A stretch of 64,000 bases of DNA from Patescibacteria group bacterium (GTDB lineage: Bacteria > Patescibacteriota > Minisyncoccia > Minisyncoccales > RBG-13-36-15): positions 34,308 through 98,307 of the forward strand of contig JACZRI010000003.1 of assembly GCA_022574775.1 (NCBI GenBank), written 5' to 3'. The notes under the pieces are model-generated. The model ran no database searches. It was not told the DNA's origin and saw only the letters and a list, made by a program, of their open reading frames with translations. How positions within the stretch are numbered: the stretch's first letter is position 1; every line of letters starts with the position of its first letter. Positions 9,029 through 19,227 of the stretch are shown here, in pieces. The position numbers and the translations under genes were made by a program.

Positions 9029-11551
9029 ATGTCCAGCTTTTTATTGGACGAAACGGAGAACTTTTTGTATAATAAAGTTCGTATGAAACTTTTGTCTAAG
9101 ATTTTTAAAGACCCAAATGATGCTTATCTAAAGAAATTACAGCCCGTGATCGAGAGTATAAACAACCTCGAAAGAGAATTCGAGGATTTTTCTAACGAGA
9201 AACTGAAAGAAAAAACTTTGGAATTAAAGGAGAGACTGAAGAAAGGAGAAACCTTAGACGACCTATTGCCAGAAGCTTTCGCTTTAGTGAGAGAAGCTGC
9301 GAAACGAACCCTTGACCAAAGGCATTTTGATGTCCAGTTGATTGGAGGAATTGTTTTGTATCAAGGAAAAGTAGCTGAAATGAAAACCGGTGAGGGAAAG
9401 ACTTTAGCAGCTACCCTGCCATTATATCTTAACGCTTTGGCGGAGAATGGATGTCATTTGGTTACTGTTAATGACTATTTGGCCAAAAGGGACACTGTGT
9501 GGATGGGTCAGATATACGAAGCTGTTGGCATTTCGGTTGGCTGTATTGTGCACGATGCAGCTTTTTTATATGATTTGAACTATCAGCAATCAACAGCGAA
9601 TGATCAACAATCACAAGATCAAGAACGAGATACCTTAGGTTCTTTTAAAGTTATTGAAAGTTATTTAAGGCCGGTTTCAAGGAAAGATGCATATACAGCG
9701 GATATTACTTACGGCACCAATAATGAATTTGGTTTTGATTATTTGCGAGACAATATGGCTTATGACTTATCACAACTGGCGCAGAGGGGCTTTCATTACG
9801 CGATTGTTGACGAGGTTGACTCAATTTTAATTGACGAAGCAAGGACGCCTCTTATTATTTCTGCTCCAGACAAAGAGGCTTCCAAAATGTACACAGAATT
9901 TTCTAGAATTACCCCAAATCTTAAAGAAAATTCTAATTATGTCATTGATGAGAAACAACGAGTGGTTACTTTGACTGAAGAAGGAATTGATAAAGTAGAG
10001 AAAATTTTAGGATTAGAGAATATATATCAGGAAAAGGGAATAAGATATCTGCATCATTTAGAACAAGCCATAAGGGCCGACTTTCTATTTAAGAGAGATA
10101 AAGATTATGTTGTGAAAGATGGCCAAGTGATTATTATAGACGAATTTACAGGAAGGTTGATGCCCGGAAGAAGGTGGTCAGGAGGGCTTCATCAGGCAAT
10201 TGAGGCAAAAGAAGGGGTGAATGTTCAGCCAGAGTCTCTGACATTAGCTTCCATTACCTTTCAAAACTATTTTAGGCTCTATAAGAAAATAGCCGGCATG
10301 ACAGGAACAGCTCTTACTTCAGCAGAAGAGCTTGATAAGGTATATGGTTTGGATGTAATTCCTATTCCTACTCATAAACCAATGGTCAGAGTTGACTCTC
10401 CAGACAAAGTGTATAAAACAGAAAAAGGAAAATTTAAAGCAATCATTCAGGAAATAAAAGAAAAACACCAGAAAGGCCAGCCCGTTTTGATTGGGACAAG
10501 GTCGGTTGAGAGGAATGAATATTTAGGAAAATTATTGGAAAAAGAAGGGGTTCCTCACCAGATTTTAAATGCAAAAAATCATGAAAGGGAGGGAGAAATT
10601 ATTGCCCAGACTGGAAAGTTGGGAACTGTGACTGTGGCTACGAATATGGCAGGAAGGGGCGTGGATATTATTCTGGGAGGTAATCCCCGAGACCTTGAGC
10701 TGAGTAGAAGGGTTATTGAGCTAGGTGGTCTCCATGTGGTTGGTACAGAAAGACATGAGGCAAGAAGAATAGATGATCAGCTTCGGGGCAGATCAGGGAG
10801 GCAGGGAGATCCAGGATCCAGTCAATTTTTTGTTTCCCTGGAAGATGAATTATTGAGAGTATTTGGAGGAGATAAGATTAAGTCCTTAATGGGTTTTTTA
10901 AAGATTCCTGAAGACCAGCCAATTGAAGCTAATATGATTTCTTCAGCTATTGAACAGGCCCAGTCAAAAATTGAAGGCTTTAATTTTGATGTCAGAAAGC
11001 ATGTCTTGGAATATGACGATGTTTTAAATAAGCACAGAGGAGTTATTTATAAAAAAAGGAGAGAAGTGCTGAAAAAATCCCAAATCTTAGATTCCAGAGA
11101 CCAAAATAGCTTGAAGTTTTACGTTTTGGAGATAGTGAAAAAACAAGGGTATACAGAAGAAGATTATACAAAAAAGGAAAAAGAGCTGGGAGAAAAGAAC
11201 ATGCGTCAGATTGAAAAAGTAGTGGTTTTGCGGACTTTAGATATGTTATGGATGGATCATCTGGAAAATATGGATAGCCTGAGAGATTCCGTGAGGCTGA
11301 GGGCTTACGGTCAGCAAGATCCTTTAATGGAATATAAAAACGAGGGCCACAAAATGTTCCAGAACCTTTTAAGGATAATGGAGTCGAGTATTGCGCACAC
11401 AATTTTTAAGGCGCAGATTGCTCAACAACCAGCTCAACCTTCTTTTGCTGTACAGTCAGGTTCTCCCACACCTAACTCTAAAAAAATCGGCAGAAACGAC
11501 CCTTGTCCTTGTGGTTCCGGGAAAAAATATAAAAAATGTCATGGGAAATAG
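9029..11551 (+). CDS. secA: Preprotein translocase ATPase SecA, with C-terminal zinc-binding tail CPCGSGKKYKKCHGK
   Basis: Walker A MKTGEGKT, DEVDSILIDEARTPLIIS, and the SecA C-terminal zinc finger. Confidence 0.95.
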   Translation: MSSFLLDETENFLYNKVRMKLLSKIFKDPNDAYLKKLQPVIESINNLEREFEDFSNEKLKEKTLELKERLKKGETLDDLLPEAFALVREAAKRTLDQRHFDVQLIGGIVLYQGKVAEMKTGEGKTLAATLPLYLNALAENGCHLVTVNDYLAKRDTVWMGQIYEAVGISVGCIVHDAAFLYDLNYQQSTANDQQSQDQERDTLGSFKVIESYLRPVSRKDAYTADITYGTNNEFGFDYLRDNMAYDLSQLAQRGFHYAIVDEVDSILIDEARTPLIISAPDKEASKMYTEFSRITPNLKENSNYVIDEKQRVVTLTEEGIDKVEKILGLENIYQEKGIRYLHHLEQAIRADFLFKRDKDYVVKDGQVIIIDEFTGRLMPGRRWSGGLHQAIEAKEGVNVQPESLTLASITFQNYFRLYKKIAGMTGTALTSAEELDKVYGLDVIPIPTHKPMVRVDSPDKVYKTEKGKFKAIIQEIKEKHQKGQPVLIGTRSVERNEYLGKLLEKEGVPHQILNAKNHEREGEIIAQTGKLGTVTVATNMAGRGVDIILGGNPRDLELSRRVIELGGLHVVGTERHEARRIDDQLRGRSGRQGDPGSSQFFVSLEDELLRVFGGDKIKSLMGFLKIPEDQPIEANMISSAIEQAQSKIEGFNFDVRKHVLEYDDVLNKHRGVIYKKRREVLKKSQILDSRDQNSLKFYVLEIVKKQGYTEEDYTKKEKELGEKNMRQIEKVVVLRTLDMLWMDHLENMDSLRDSVRLRAYGQQDPLMEYKNEGHKMFQNLLRIMESSIAHTIFKAQIAQQPAQPSFAVQSGSPTPNSKKIGRNDPCPCGSGKKYKKCHGK

Positions 11552-12032
11552 AAACCAATATCTGCACGAAGTAGTAATTACAGCAATTATTATAAAAGAT
11601 GGTAAATACCTTATTACAAGGCGTTCTCCGAACAAAAAAAGATTTCCCGGGATGTGGACGGTGCCTGGAGGAAAGATGGAAACAAGTGACTACCTTCAGT
11701 TATCGAAAGATACAGAACACTATTGGTACAATGTTCTCGAGCGGACATTACGGCGAGAGGTAAAGGAAGAAGTGGGAATTGATATTGATAATATTGAGTA
11801 TGTAACGAGTCTTGCAACTATTCATGATGATGGAAGCCCGTCTCTTGTGATATCATGTATGGCAGATTATGTCTCGGGCGATATCAAACTTCAGGAGAAA
11901 GAATCAGATCAATTTGCCTGGGTTGATTTGGAAGGAGCTAAAAAGTACAACCTTATTGACGGAATCTATGATGAGTTTGTAATGGTTGAGAATAAAAGGA
12001 AAGGCAAGAAAACGGAATGGAAAAGATTTTAG
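11541..12032 (+). CDS. NUDIX hydrolase
   Basis: The Nudix box GGKMEtsdy...REVKEEVGI is present. The start codon overlaps the secA stop. Confidence 0.6.
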   Translation: MGNRNQYLHEVVITAIIIKDGKYLITRRSPNKKRFPGMWTVPGGKMETSDYLQLSKDTEHYWYNVLERTLRREVKEEVGIDIDNIEYVTSLATIHDDGSPSLVISCMADYVSGDIKLQEKESDQFAWVDLEGAKKYNLIDGIYDEFVMVENKRKGKKTEWKRF

Positions 12033-12038
12033 AATAAT

Positions 12039-12554
12039 ATGCCAGCTGAAAAAATAAGCTTACAAAATGCAAAAGAAAATAAGTTATTCTATTTTGTTGC
12101 AAATGTGGTAGTATACCGGGAAAAAGATTCGCGTTGTTTAATTTTAAAGAGAAGCGAACATGAAATTGTCCATCCCGGGAAATACGGAGTCATAGGAGGG
12201 AAACTAGAGTGGAAAGATTTAGATTTAGAGAACCCCACACGCATTCATGGAGATGTTCTTGATTATGAAGCAGCTATTGAAAAGTTATTGGTCAGGGAAG
12301 CAAAAGAAGAAGCAGGGATAGAGATAGAGCCTCAGCTTCTTTACGTAAACAGTGTTGCTTTTATCAGGCCTGATGAAGTTCCTGTGGTAATGGTAAAATT
12401 TGCTGCAAAATATAAAGGAGGAGAAATAAAACTCCAGAGAGAAGCTTTTACCGATTATGCTTGGGTAAATGAAAATGAAGTAAAAAATTATAACTGCATA
12501 AAAGGCATCGCAGAAGAGATAGCAGCTACTATTAAAAAATTTCAATTAAAATAA
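12039..12554 (+). CDS. NUDIX hydrolase
   Basis: Nudix box GGKLEW...REAKEEAGIE. Confidence 0.65.
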   Translation: MPAEKISLQNAKENKLFYFVANVVVYREKDSRCLILKRSEHEIVHPGKYGVIGGKLEWKDLDLENPTRIHGDVLDYEAAIEKLLVREAKEEAGIEIEPQLLYVNSVAFIRPDEVPVVMVKFAAKYKGGEIKLQREAFTDYAWVNENEVKNYNCIKGIAEEIAATIKKFQLK

Positions 12555-12556
12555 AA

Positions 12557-13966
12557 ATGTCAAAGAAAAACCTCTATTTTAGTCTTGCCTCTGTTCTTAT
12601 TTTGTTTTTCTTGGCTGCGAATTTAAGTTATCCAAAATATTTTAATCAAGGGGTAGATTTCATTAATTCTAAATTCCAGATTCAGGATTCAAAACTCAGA
12701 ATCCCGCATTTTCCAGAGATTCCATTCAAGTTAGGACTGGACTTGCAGGGAGGAAGCCATCTTTTATATGAGGCTGACTTGTCACAAATAGATCCCAAAG
12801 AGCAAGATTCTGCGATGGATGGTTTGAGGGATGTGATTGAAAGACGGGTCAACCTTTTTGGGGTTGCTGAACCGGTTGTTCAGATTCAGGAAGTGGGGGG
12901 GAGACTTGGGCTAATTGTAGAATTGGCAGGGATAAAAAATGTCGGAGAAGCCATTGAGATGATCGGAGAGACCCCCTATCTTGAATTTAAGGAACAGAGG
13001 TCAGAGGGTGAGACACAAAAAATCCTTGATAAACAAAAAGAAGTTGAGGGCAAGACTTCCGAAGAATTTCAACAAATTTCTGATTGGCAGTTGGCCTTTG
13101 AAGATCCTTATTTTAAAGCCACCTCTTTAACCGGGAAATACCTAGAAAAAGCAGAACTTAATTTTGACCCGACTACAAATGAACCATTAGTGTCGCTTTC
13201 CTTTGACGATGAAGGTTCAAAAATTTTTGAAGAACTGACCTCAAGAAATATCGGAAAACCTCTTCCAGTTTATGTTGATCAATTCCTAATTTCTGCCCCG
13301 GTTGTACAGGGAACTATTTCAGGCGGAAGGGCCCAAATTACAGGTAACTTTACTATTAATACGGCAAAAGAGTTAGCTAGGAATCTTAATGCGGGAGCTC
13401 TTCCGGTTCCAATTAATTTAATCTCTCAACAGACAGTAGGGCCAATTCTTGGCAAGATATCTCTGGAAAGGAGTTTGCGGGCAGGAATTTTCGGATTTTC
13501 AGCTGTTATTCTCTTTATGATTCTTTTTTATCGGTTGCCCGGAGTTTTAGCCTCTATATCCCTGCTTATTTATCTGACTTTTATTTTAGCCATTTTTAAG
13601 TTAATTCCCGTAACTTTAACTTTAGCAGGCATCGCGGGCTTAATTTTGTCAATTGGAATGGCAGTTGACGCGAATATTTTAATTTTTTCCAGAATGCGGG
13701 AAGAATTAAAAGAAGGCAAAGGTTTTTTAATCAGCGTAGAGGAAGGATTTCGAAGGGCTTGGTCTTCCATAAGAGACGGAAATTTTACCACATTAATTGT
13801 GGCTTTAATTTTATTTGGTTTTGGTACGAGTTTCGTTAAAGGATTCGCTTTAGTTTTAAGCTTGGGAGTCATTGTAAGCATGCTTTCTGCAATTTTCATT
13901 ACAAAAAATCTTCTCAAACTGTTTGTCAATACAAGGTTTGAAAAAATAAGTTGGCTGTGGAAATAA
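12557..13966 (+). CDS. secD: Protein translocase subunit SecD
   Basis: Periplasmic domain followed by a 6-TM SecD/SecF region (LDLQGGSHLLYE, GIAG..LSIGMAVDANI). Confidence 0.85.
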   Translation: MSKKNLYFSLASVLILFFLAANLSYPKYFNQGVDFINSKFQIQDSKLRIPHFPEIPFKLGLDLQGGSHLLYEADLSQIDPKEQDSAMDGLRDVIERRVNLFGVAEPVVQIQEVGGRLGLIVELAGIKNVGEAIEMIGETPYLEFKEQRSEGETQKILDKQKEVEGKTSEEFQQISDWQLAFEDPYFKATSLTGKYLEKAELNFDPTTNEPLVSLSFDDEGSKIFEELTSRNIGKPLPVYVDQFLISAPVVQGTISGGRAQITGNFTINTAKELARNLNAGALPVPINLISQQTVGPILGKISLERSLRAGIFGFSAVILFMILFYRLPGVLASISLLIYLTFILAIFKLIPVTLTLAGIAGLILSIGMAVDANILIFSRMREELKEGKGFLISVEEGFRRAWSSIRDGNFTTLIVALILFGFGTSFVKGFALVLSLGVIVSMLSAIFITKNLLKLFVNTRFEKISWLWK

Positions 13967-13976
13967 TGAACTAATT

Positions 13977-14014
13977 TTATCCTTCGATAAACTCAGGACA
14001 CTTCGACTTGCTTG
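13977..14014. repeat. GC-rich palindromic repeat, family B (core ATCCTTCGAnAAnCTCAGGACACTTCGACTT), truncated copy between secD and secF
   Basis: 37 of 40 nt identical to 25962-26001. Related copies lie at 53343 and 63676. Confidence 0.6.
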
Positions 14015-14052
14015 TAGAAATTTACAGTTTTCAGCAACAAAATACAATAATT

Positions 14053-14946
14053 ATGAATTTCATTAGATATAGAAAAATTTATTACACTTTTTCTGGAATC
14101 CTTATTGCGGCAAGTCTCTTTGCTTTGTTTTTTTTCGGAGTTAACTTAGGAATTGATTTTACTGGAGGAAGCATCCTCGAAGTAGAATTTAATAACTCAA
14201 GACCATCTAACCAGAAAGTTCAAGAAGGATTGGCGAATCTTAATCTGGGATCTATCTATTTACAGACAACAGGTGAGAAAGGATTAATCTTGAGGCTGAA
14301 AACCATTGATGAAAGCGCCCATCAAGAGCTTATAGAAAGACTGAAAGAAGAAGGAGAATTTGCAGAGAAGCGATTTGAAGTGATAGGACCTGCTATCGGT
14401 CAGGAGCTACAGCAAAAAACTAAGACTCTAATAGCCCTTTCTCTGTTAGCTATAGTTTTGTATGTTGCGCTGTCTTTCAGAAGAATTTCTCGGCCTCTTC
14501 TTTCTTGGCACTACGGGCTGGTGACAGCTTTCGTTGCGCTTTTTCACAATATTTTAATTCCTTTAGGTGTCTTTTCTGTTTTAGGCGAGTTTTTAGAAAT
14601 TCAGATAACAATCCCTATCATTGTTGGTTTATTAACCGTTTTTGGTTATTCAATCAACGATACTATCGTTGTTTTTGATAGGATAAGAGAGAATCTTTTA
14701 AGAAGGAAAGGGATAACTTATGAAGACACGGTAAATCTAAGCTTGAACCAGACCTTTACCCGTTCTCTTAATACTTCCCTAACAACATTGTTTGTTTTGA
14801 TTTCTCTCTTCTTTTTCGGTGGTGAGAGCTTAAAATACTTTGCTTTAGTGCTGATTCTTGGGGTAACATTAGGAACTTATTCTTCAATATTTATTGCGAG
14901 CCCAATCTTAGTCAGTTGGCTTAATTTTAAACAGAAGAGAGGTTGA
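14053..14946 (+). CDS. secF: Protein translocase subunit SecF
   Basis: GIDFTGGS motif and SecF TM topology immediately after secD. The track ORF starts at 14008, but the likely start is MNFIRYRK. Confidence 0.85.
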   Translation: MNFIRYRKIYYTFSGILIAASLFALFFFGVNLGIDFTGGSILEVEFNNSRPSNQKVQEGLANLNLGSIYLQTTGEKGLILRLKTIDESAHQELIERLKEEGEFAEKRFEVIGPAIGQELQQKTKTLIALSLLAIVLYVALSFRRISRPLLSWHYGLVTAFVALFHNILIPLGVFSVLGEFLEIQITIPIIVGLLTVFGYSINDTIVVFDRIRENLLRRKGITYEDTVNLSLNQTFTRSLNTSLTTLFVLISLFFFGGESLKYFALVLILGVTLGTYSSIFIASPILVSWLNFKQKRG

Positions 14947-15004
14947 CTCTTCCTATGAAATCTGATATAAAAATGTAATATGATCCTTAAATATATTCAG
15001 GGTC

Positions 15005-16093
15005 ATGATGAGGATTTCGACTGAGCCCAGCCGAAGTTTCTATCGAACCATGAAAAACCATTTTAATTTCGCTAAAATATGCCAGGATTTTCTAAAAGAC
15101 CTTTCCGTTAGGCATAAAGAGGTAATTTTAAGGCGTTTTGGCTTTAAGTCTGGCAACAGGGAAACCTTGGAATTTATCGGGATGAACTACGGTATTACAA
15201 GAGAGAGGGTGCGTCAGATTGAAAAAGACAGTTTTATGAAAATGGAGCCAAAGATTAAAAAATATGAAAAAGTATTTACCTCTTTTGTGAACCATTTTAA
15301 GAAACACGGGGAGTTGAAGAGAGAAGATATTTTACTCTCTCAGTTAACAGACCCTCAATTTCATCCTCATCTCAACTTTCTCTTGTCATTACATTCACGG
15401 TTCTCTAGGTTTTCTGACAGCAAGGAATTTTATCCTCTCTGGACGATAAATAATAATTCTTTAAAATTGGCTCTGCAAGTCAACAATTTTTTAATTTCAA
15501 AATTTAAAGAAAAAGGAATACCTTTGCCTTTTCCAAAAGTTTTCGAGCTTTGTAAAAAAAACCCACTTGTGATAAAAAAGAATCTTAATTCTCCTGCTAT
15601 ATTGTCTTTTATTGAAGCCTCAAAGGGTATTGAGCAGGGAATGAACAACCTTTTTGGACTTAAGGGTTGGCCAGAAATTAACCCAAAAGGAGTAAAAGAT
15701 AAAGCTTTCTTAGTTCTGAAAAGAGAGAAAAAACCAGTTCATTTTAATACTATAGCTTCTCTCATTTCTAAATTACCATTACAGGAGGAACTTGAAGAAA
15801 AAAAAGAAGTTATCTCACAGACTGTCCATAATGAACTTATCAAGGATCCAAGGTTTGTGTTGGTTGGCAGAGGAATGTATGCTCTTCGCGAGTGGGGGTA
15901 TGAACCCGGAGTAGTCAAGGATATTATCGTCAGACTGTTAAAAGAAAAGGAAAGATCAATGACCAGAGAAGAAATTATTAAGAAAACTTTGCAGCAGAGA
16001 TTCGTTAAGGAGAGCACCATTTTATTCAATCTCCAAGACAAAGGATATTTTTTAAAGAATTCTGATGGAAAATATACTTTAAGAAAAATATAA
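15005..16093 (+). CDS. DNA-binding protein with an N-terminal sigma70 region-4-like HTH and C-terminal HARE-HTH-like segments
   Basis: The segment KEVILRRFGF...ETLEFIGMNYGITRERVRQIEKDSFMKM resembles sigma region 4. The motif GMYALREWGY resembles the HARE-HTH of the RNAP delta subunit. Confidence 0.45.
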   Translation: MMRISTEPSRSFYRTMKNHFNFAKICQDFLKDLSVRHKEVILRRFGFKSGNRETLEFIGMNYGITRERVRQIEKDSFMKMEPKIKKYEKVFTSFVNHFKKHGELKREDILLSQLTDPQFHPHLNFLLSLHSRFSRFSDSKEFYPLWTINNNSLKLALQVNNFLISKFKEKGIPLPFPKVFELCKKNPLVIKKNLNSPAILSFIEASKGIEQGMNNLFGLKGWPEINPKGVKDKAFLVLKREKKPVHFNTIASLISKLPLQEELEEKKEVISQTVHNELIKDPRFVLVGRGMYALREWGYEPGVVKDIIVRLLKEKERSMTREEIIKKTLQQRFVKESTILFNLQDKGYFLKNSDGKYTLRKI

Positions 16094-16094
16094 G

Positions 16095-17384
16095 ATGCCA
16101 TTCGAAGATCTTTTGCAGGTTTTAAAGCCGGAACAATTGGCTTTTATCTGGGATATCGTAAAAAATTGGATCTGGGTACCCTTAGCCATTTTGTTTTTTT
16201 ATTTAACTGTCACTTTATACCTCTTTTTGATTAGAGAAAGATGGCTTTCTAGGACGAAATGGATAACACTGGAGATTAAGATCCCCAAGGAGATTTTAAA
16301 GCCAATAAAGGCTATGGAAAACGTTTTCTCCAATCTTTGGGCAATTTATGATCCAGCCAATCCTCGGGAGAGGTGGCTGGAAGGGAAAGTTCCTCTTTCT
16401 ATCTCCTGTGAAATCGTAAGCATTGATGGAGAACCGCATTTTTATATCAGAGTGCCAATAAAATTTCAGCCCTTAGTGGAATCTGCAATTTATTCTCAGT
16501 ATGCTGATGTTGAAATTTCTGTAGTTGATGATTATACAAAATATGTGCCTTTGGATATTCCGAACAAAGATTGGGAAATGTGGGGAACAGACTATATTTT
16601 AAACAAACCCGATTCTTATCCGATTAAAACGCATCCTTTTTTTGAGTTAGAGAGAGAAATAAAAGAAGAAAAAAGGGTTGATCCGATGTCTTTTCTCTTA
16701 GAGGGATTATCAAAGCTTGGGCCGGGAGAACAGCTATGGGTTCAAATTACAGCCGTTCCTGTTACAAACTTAGAGAATAATTGGGTGAGCAGGGGAGAAA
16801 AAATCAGAGATAAATTAGCAAAGCGTATCTTACAGGACGCCCCCAAACCCTTAATACAAGAAGCAGCTGAAGTTTTAATCTCAGGCCCTCCTGTTCCTTC
16901 TGCAGAAAAAGAAATATTTCCTCCTGAGATGAGGCTTACTCCTGGGGAAAGGGATGTAATTGTGGGAGTGGAAAATAAAATTGGGAAACACGGTTTTGAA
17001 ACAAACATCAGATTTATTTATTTGGCAAAAAGAGATGTTTATTTTCCTCCAAATTTCAGATCTGTTATGGGGTTTTTTGCATCTTTTGCAACTCAGAATC
17101 TTAACGCCTTAAGACCTTGGACGAATACTATAACTAAAATTCATACTCTACTCTTTTGGTTTCTGGATAAGAGAAGGCTTTATATAAGAAAAAGAAGGAT
17201 GTTCAGGAACTATATAAGAAGATTCTCGCCTCTTTTTCCAAGGCGGGGTGGGACTTATGTTTTAAATATTGAAGAATTAGCCACTTTATTTCATTTCCCA
17301 AGCAAGATAGTAGCACCTGCCCCGACTCTTCCCAGAGTAGAAGTTAAAAAAAGAGAAGCCCCTCCTGGATTACCTACAGAATAA
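16095..17384 (+). CDS. Hypothetical protein with an N-terminal TM helix and a basic C-terminal region
   Basis: Hydrophobic N-terminus; no recognised family. It is immediately followed by a TraD/FtsK-like ATPase. Confidence 0.4.
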   Translation: MPFEDLLQVLKPEQLAFIWDIVKNWIWVPLAILFFYLTVTLYLFLIRERWLSRTKWITLEIKIPKEILKPIKAMENVFSNLWAIYDPANPRERWLEGKVPLSISCEIVSIDGEPHFYIRVPIKFQPLVESAIYSQYADVEISVVDDYTKYVPLDIPNKDWEMWGTDYILNKPDSYPIKTHPFFELEREIKEEKRVDPMSFLLEGLSKLGPGEQLWVQITAVPVTNLENNWVSRGEKIRDKLAKRILQDAPKPLIQEAAEVLISGPPVPSAEKEIFPPEMRLTPGERDVIVGVENKIGKHGFETNIRFIYLAKRDVYFPPNFRSVMGFFASFATQNLNALRPWTNTITKIHTLLFWFLDKRRLYIRKRRMFRNYIRRFSPLFPRRGGTYVLNIEELATLFHFPSKIVAPAPTLPRVEVKKREAPPGLPTE

Positions 17385-17616
17385 TCGCTAGTTGCAAGCC
17401 TTCAAAGTTCCCAATTGTTTCAGACCCCAGCGTTTTGGGGTAATCTACGTCCTCCCCGGTTTTTTAAGCGAATAGAAGGGAATAAAGAGATATCCTCAAA
17501 TACTTATTATTGCGTAGTTTAAATGAGAATAGAAGGCGGGGTCTAAGAGTTACTTTGAAAACTTACCCCTCGCTTAAAGGTTTCGTAATTCGCATAAATT
17601 CATAATTCATAAGAGT

Positions 17617-19227
17617 ATGAATAAAGAAATAACACTTTTTGCAGAAACTACTTTCAGGAATTTGAGAAAGAAGTTTGGAATTAAGCTTGATGATAGAAGG
17701 AGACATGTTTATATCATAGGAAAAACCGGGATGGGAAAAACCGTGTTGCTTGAAAATATGATAATTCAAGATATTCAGCAGGGCAAAGGAGTAGGTTTTG
17801 TTGATCCTCATGGGGAGGCTGCGGAAGGATTGCTTGATTTCATTCCCTCCAACAGGATTAATGATGTAATTTATTTTAACCCTGCTGATCTGGAACATCC
17901 CATCGCTTTTAATATTATGGAGAAAGTGGATGTTGAGCATCGTCATTTGGTCGCAGGAGGATTAATGGGAGTTTTTAAAAAAATCTGGCCAGACGTCTGG
18001 TCAGCAAGAATGGAATACATTTTGAATAATTGTATTTTGGCTCTTTTGGAATACCCGGACTCAACCTTACTCGGAGTAAACCGGATGTTGGCCGATCCTG
18101 ATTATCGAAAAAAAGTCGTGGAAAAAGTTACAGATCCTATGGTAAAATCATTCTGGCTTCAAGAGTTTGCTAGGTATACTCAACGCTACGAGGTGGAGGC
18201 AACAGCTGCTATCCAGAATAAAGTCGGACAATTCATTTCAGCTCCTTTAATCAGAAATATTATTGGCCAGGTCAAGTCCACACTTGATATGAGGGATATT
18301 ATGGATAAAGGCAAAATTTTAATTTTGAATTTATCCAAAGGAAGAATAGGAGAAGATAATTCTCGGTTATTGGGGGCTCTTTTAATAACTAAATTGCAGT
18401 TAGCTGCTATGTCCCGCGTAGATGTACCAGAGGATGAGCGAAGAGATTTTTTTCTTTATGTTGATGAATTTCAGAATTACGCAACAGAGTCTTTCGTTAA
18501 TATTTTATCTGAAGCAAGGAAATATAGATTGTCCTTGATTTTGGCTCATCAGTACATTACCCAGATGGAGGAAACAGTAAGAGACGCAGTATTTGGAAAC
18601 GTGGGAACTATTATCGCTTTTCGGGTGGGAGCAGAAGATGCAGAATTTTTAGAAAAAGAATTTGTTCCTGAATTTACTGCCCAGGATCTAGTTAATTTAG
18701 CCAAATATAATATTTATTTAAAGCTGATGATTGATGGAATAGCAGGCTCTCCATTTTCTGCAGGGACTTTTCCTCCTTTTCCAAAGCTAGAGCATTCAAA
18801 TAGAGAGAAAATTATCAAGGCATCTAGGGAGAGATATGGGACGAAAAAAGAATTGGTAGAAGAGAAAATTATCAGATGGACAGGTATTGTAAACTCACTT
18901 CCACCCACTTCCGCCCAGACTGTTCTTTACGATGCAAAATGCTCACAATGCGGGAAACAGACAAAGGTTGTTTTTCCTCCAGATGGAGTGAGGCCTACTT
19001 ATTGTAAATCCTGCCGGAATAAAATGAAAAAAAGTGAGGCGCAAAGAGAGAGTGGAGAAGCTTCTATTTCTTTTAAGGAAGCCTTGAAAAAAGAACCAAC
19101 CTCTTTTTCTCCCAGAAAATTAAACAGAGAACCTTTTAAGAAAAGAAAAAACGTTAATGTAGAGGAATTAAAGAAAACATTAGATGAAATCTTAGAAAAA
19201 AGAGAAAATAAAGATTCCCAACAATGA
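17617..19227 (+). CDS. FtsK-HerA superfamily ATPase, TraD/VirD4 (type IV coupling protein)-like, with a C-terminal Cys4 zinc ribbon
   Basis: Walker A YIIGKTGMGKT within H-x-YIIG...VDPHGE context, Walker B FFLYVDEFQNY, and CSQCG...CKSCRNK. Confidence 0.55.
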   Translation: MNKEITLFAETTFRNLRKKFGIKLDDRRRHVYIIGKTGMGKTVLLENMIIQDIQQGKGVGFVDPHGEAAEGLLDFIPSNRINDVIYFNPADLEHPIAFNIMEKVDVEHRHLVAGGLMGVFKKIWPDVWSARMEYILNNCILALLEYPDSTLLGVNRMLADPDYRKKVVEKVTDPMVKSFWLQEFARYTQRYEVEATAAIQNKVGQFISAPLIRNIIGQVKSTLDMRDIMDKGKILILNLSKGRIGEDNSRLLGALLITKLQLAAMSRVDVPEDERRDFFLYVDEFQNYATESFVNILSEARKYRLSLILAHQYITQMEETVRDAVFGNVGTIIAFRVGAEDAEFLEKEFVPEFTAQDLVNLAKYNIYLKLMIDGIAGSPFSAGTFPPFPKLEHSNREKIIKASRERYGTKKELVEEKIIRWTGIVNSLPPTSAQTVLYDAKCSQCGKQTKVVFPPDGVRPTYCKSCRNKMKKSEAQRESGEASISFKEALKKEPTSFSPRKLNREPFKKRKNVNVEELKKTLDEILEKRENKDSQQ

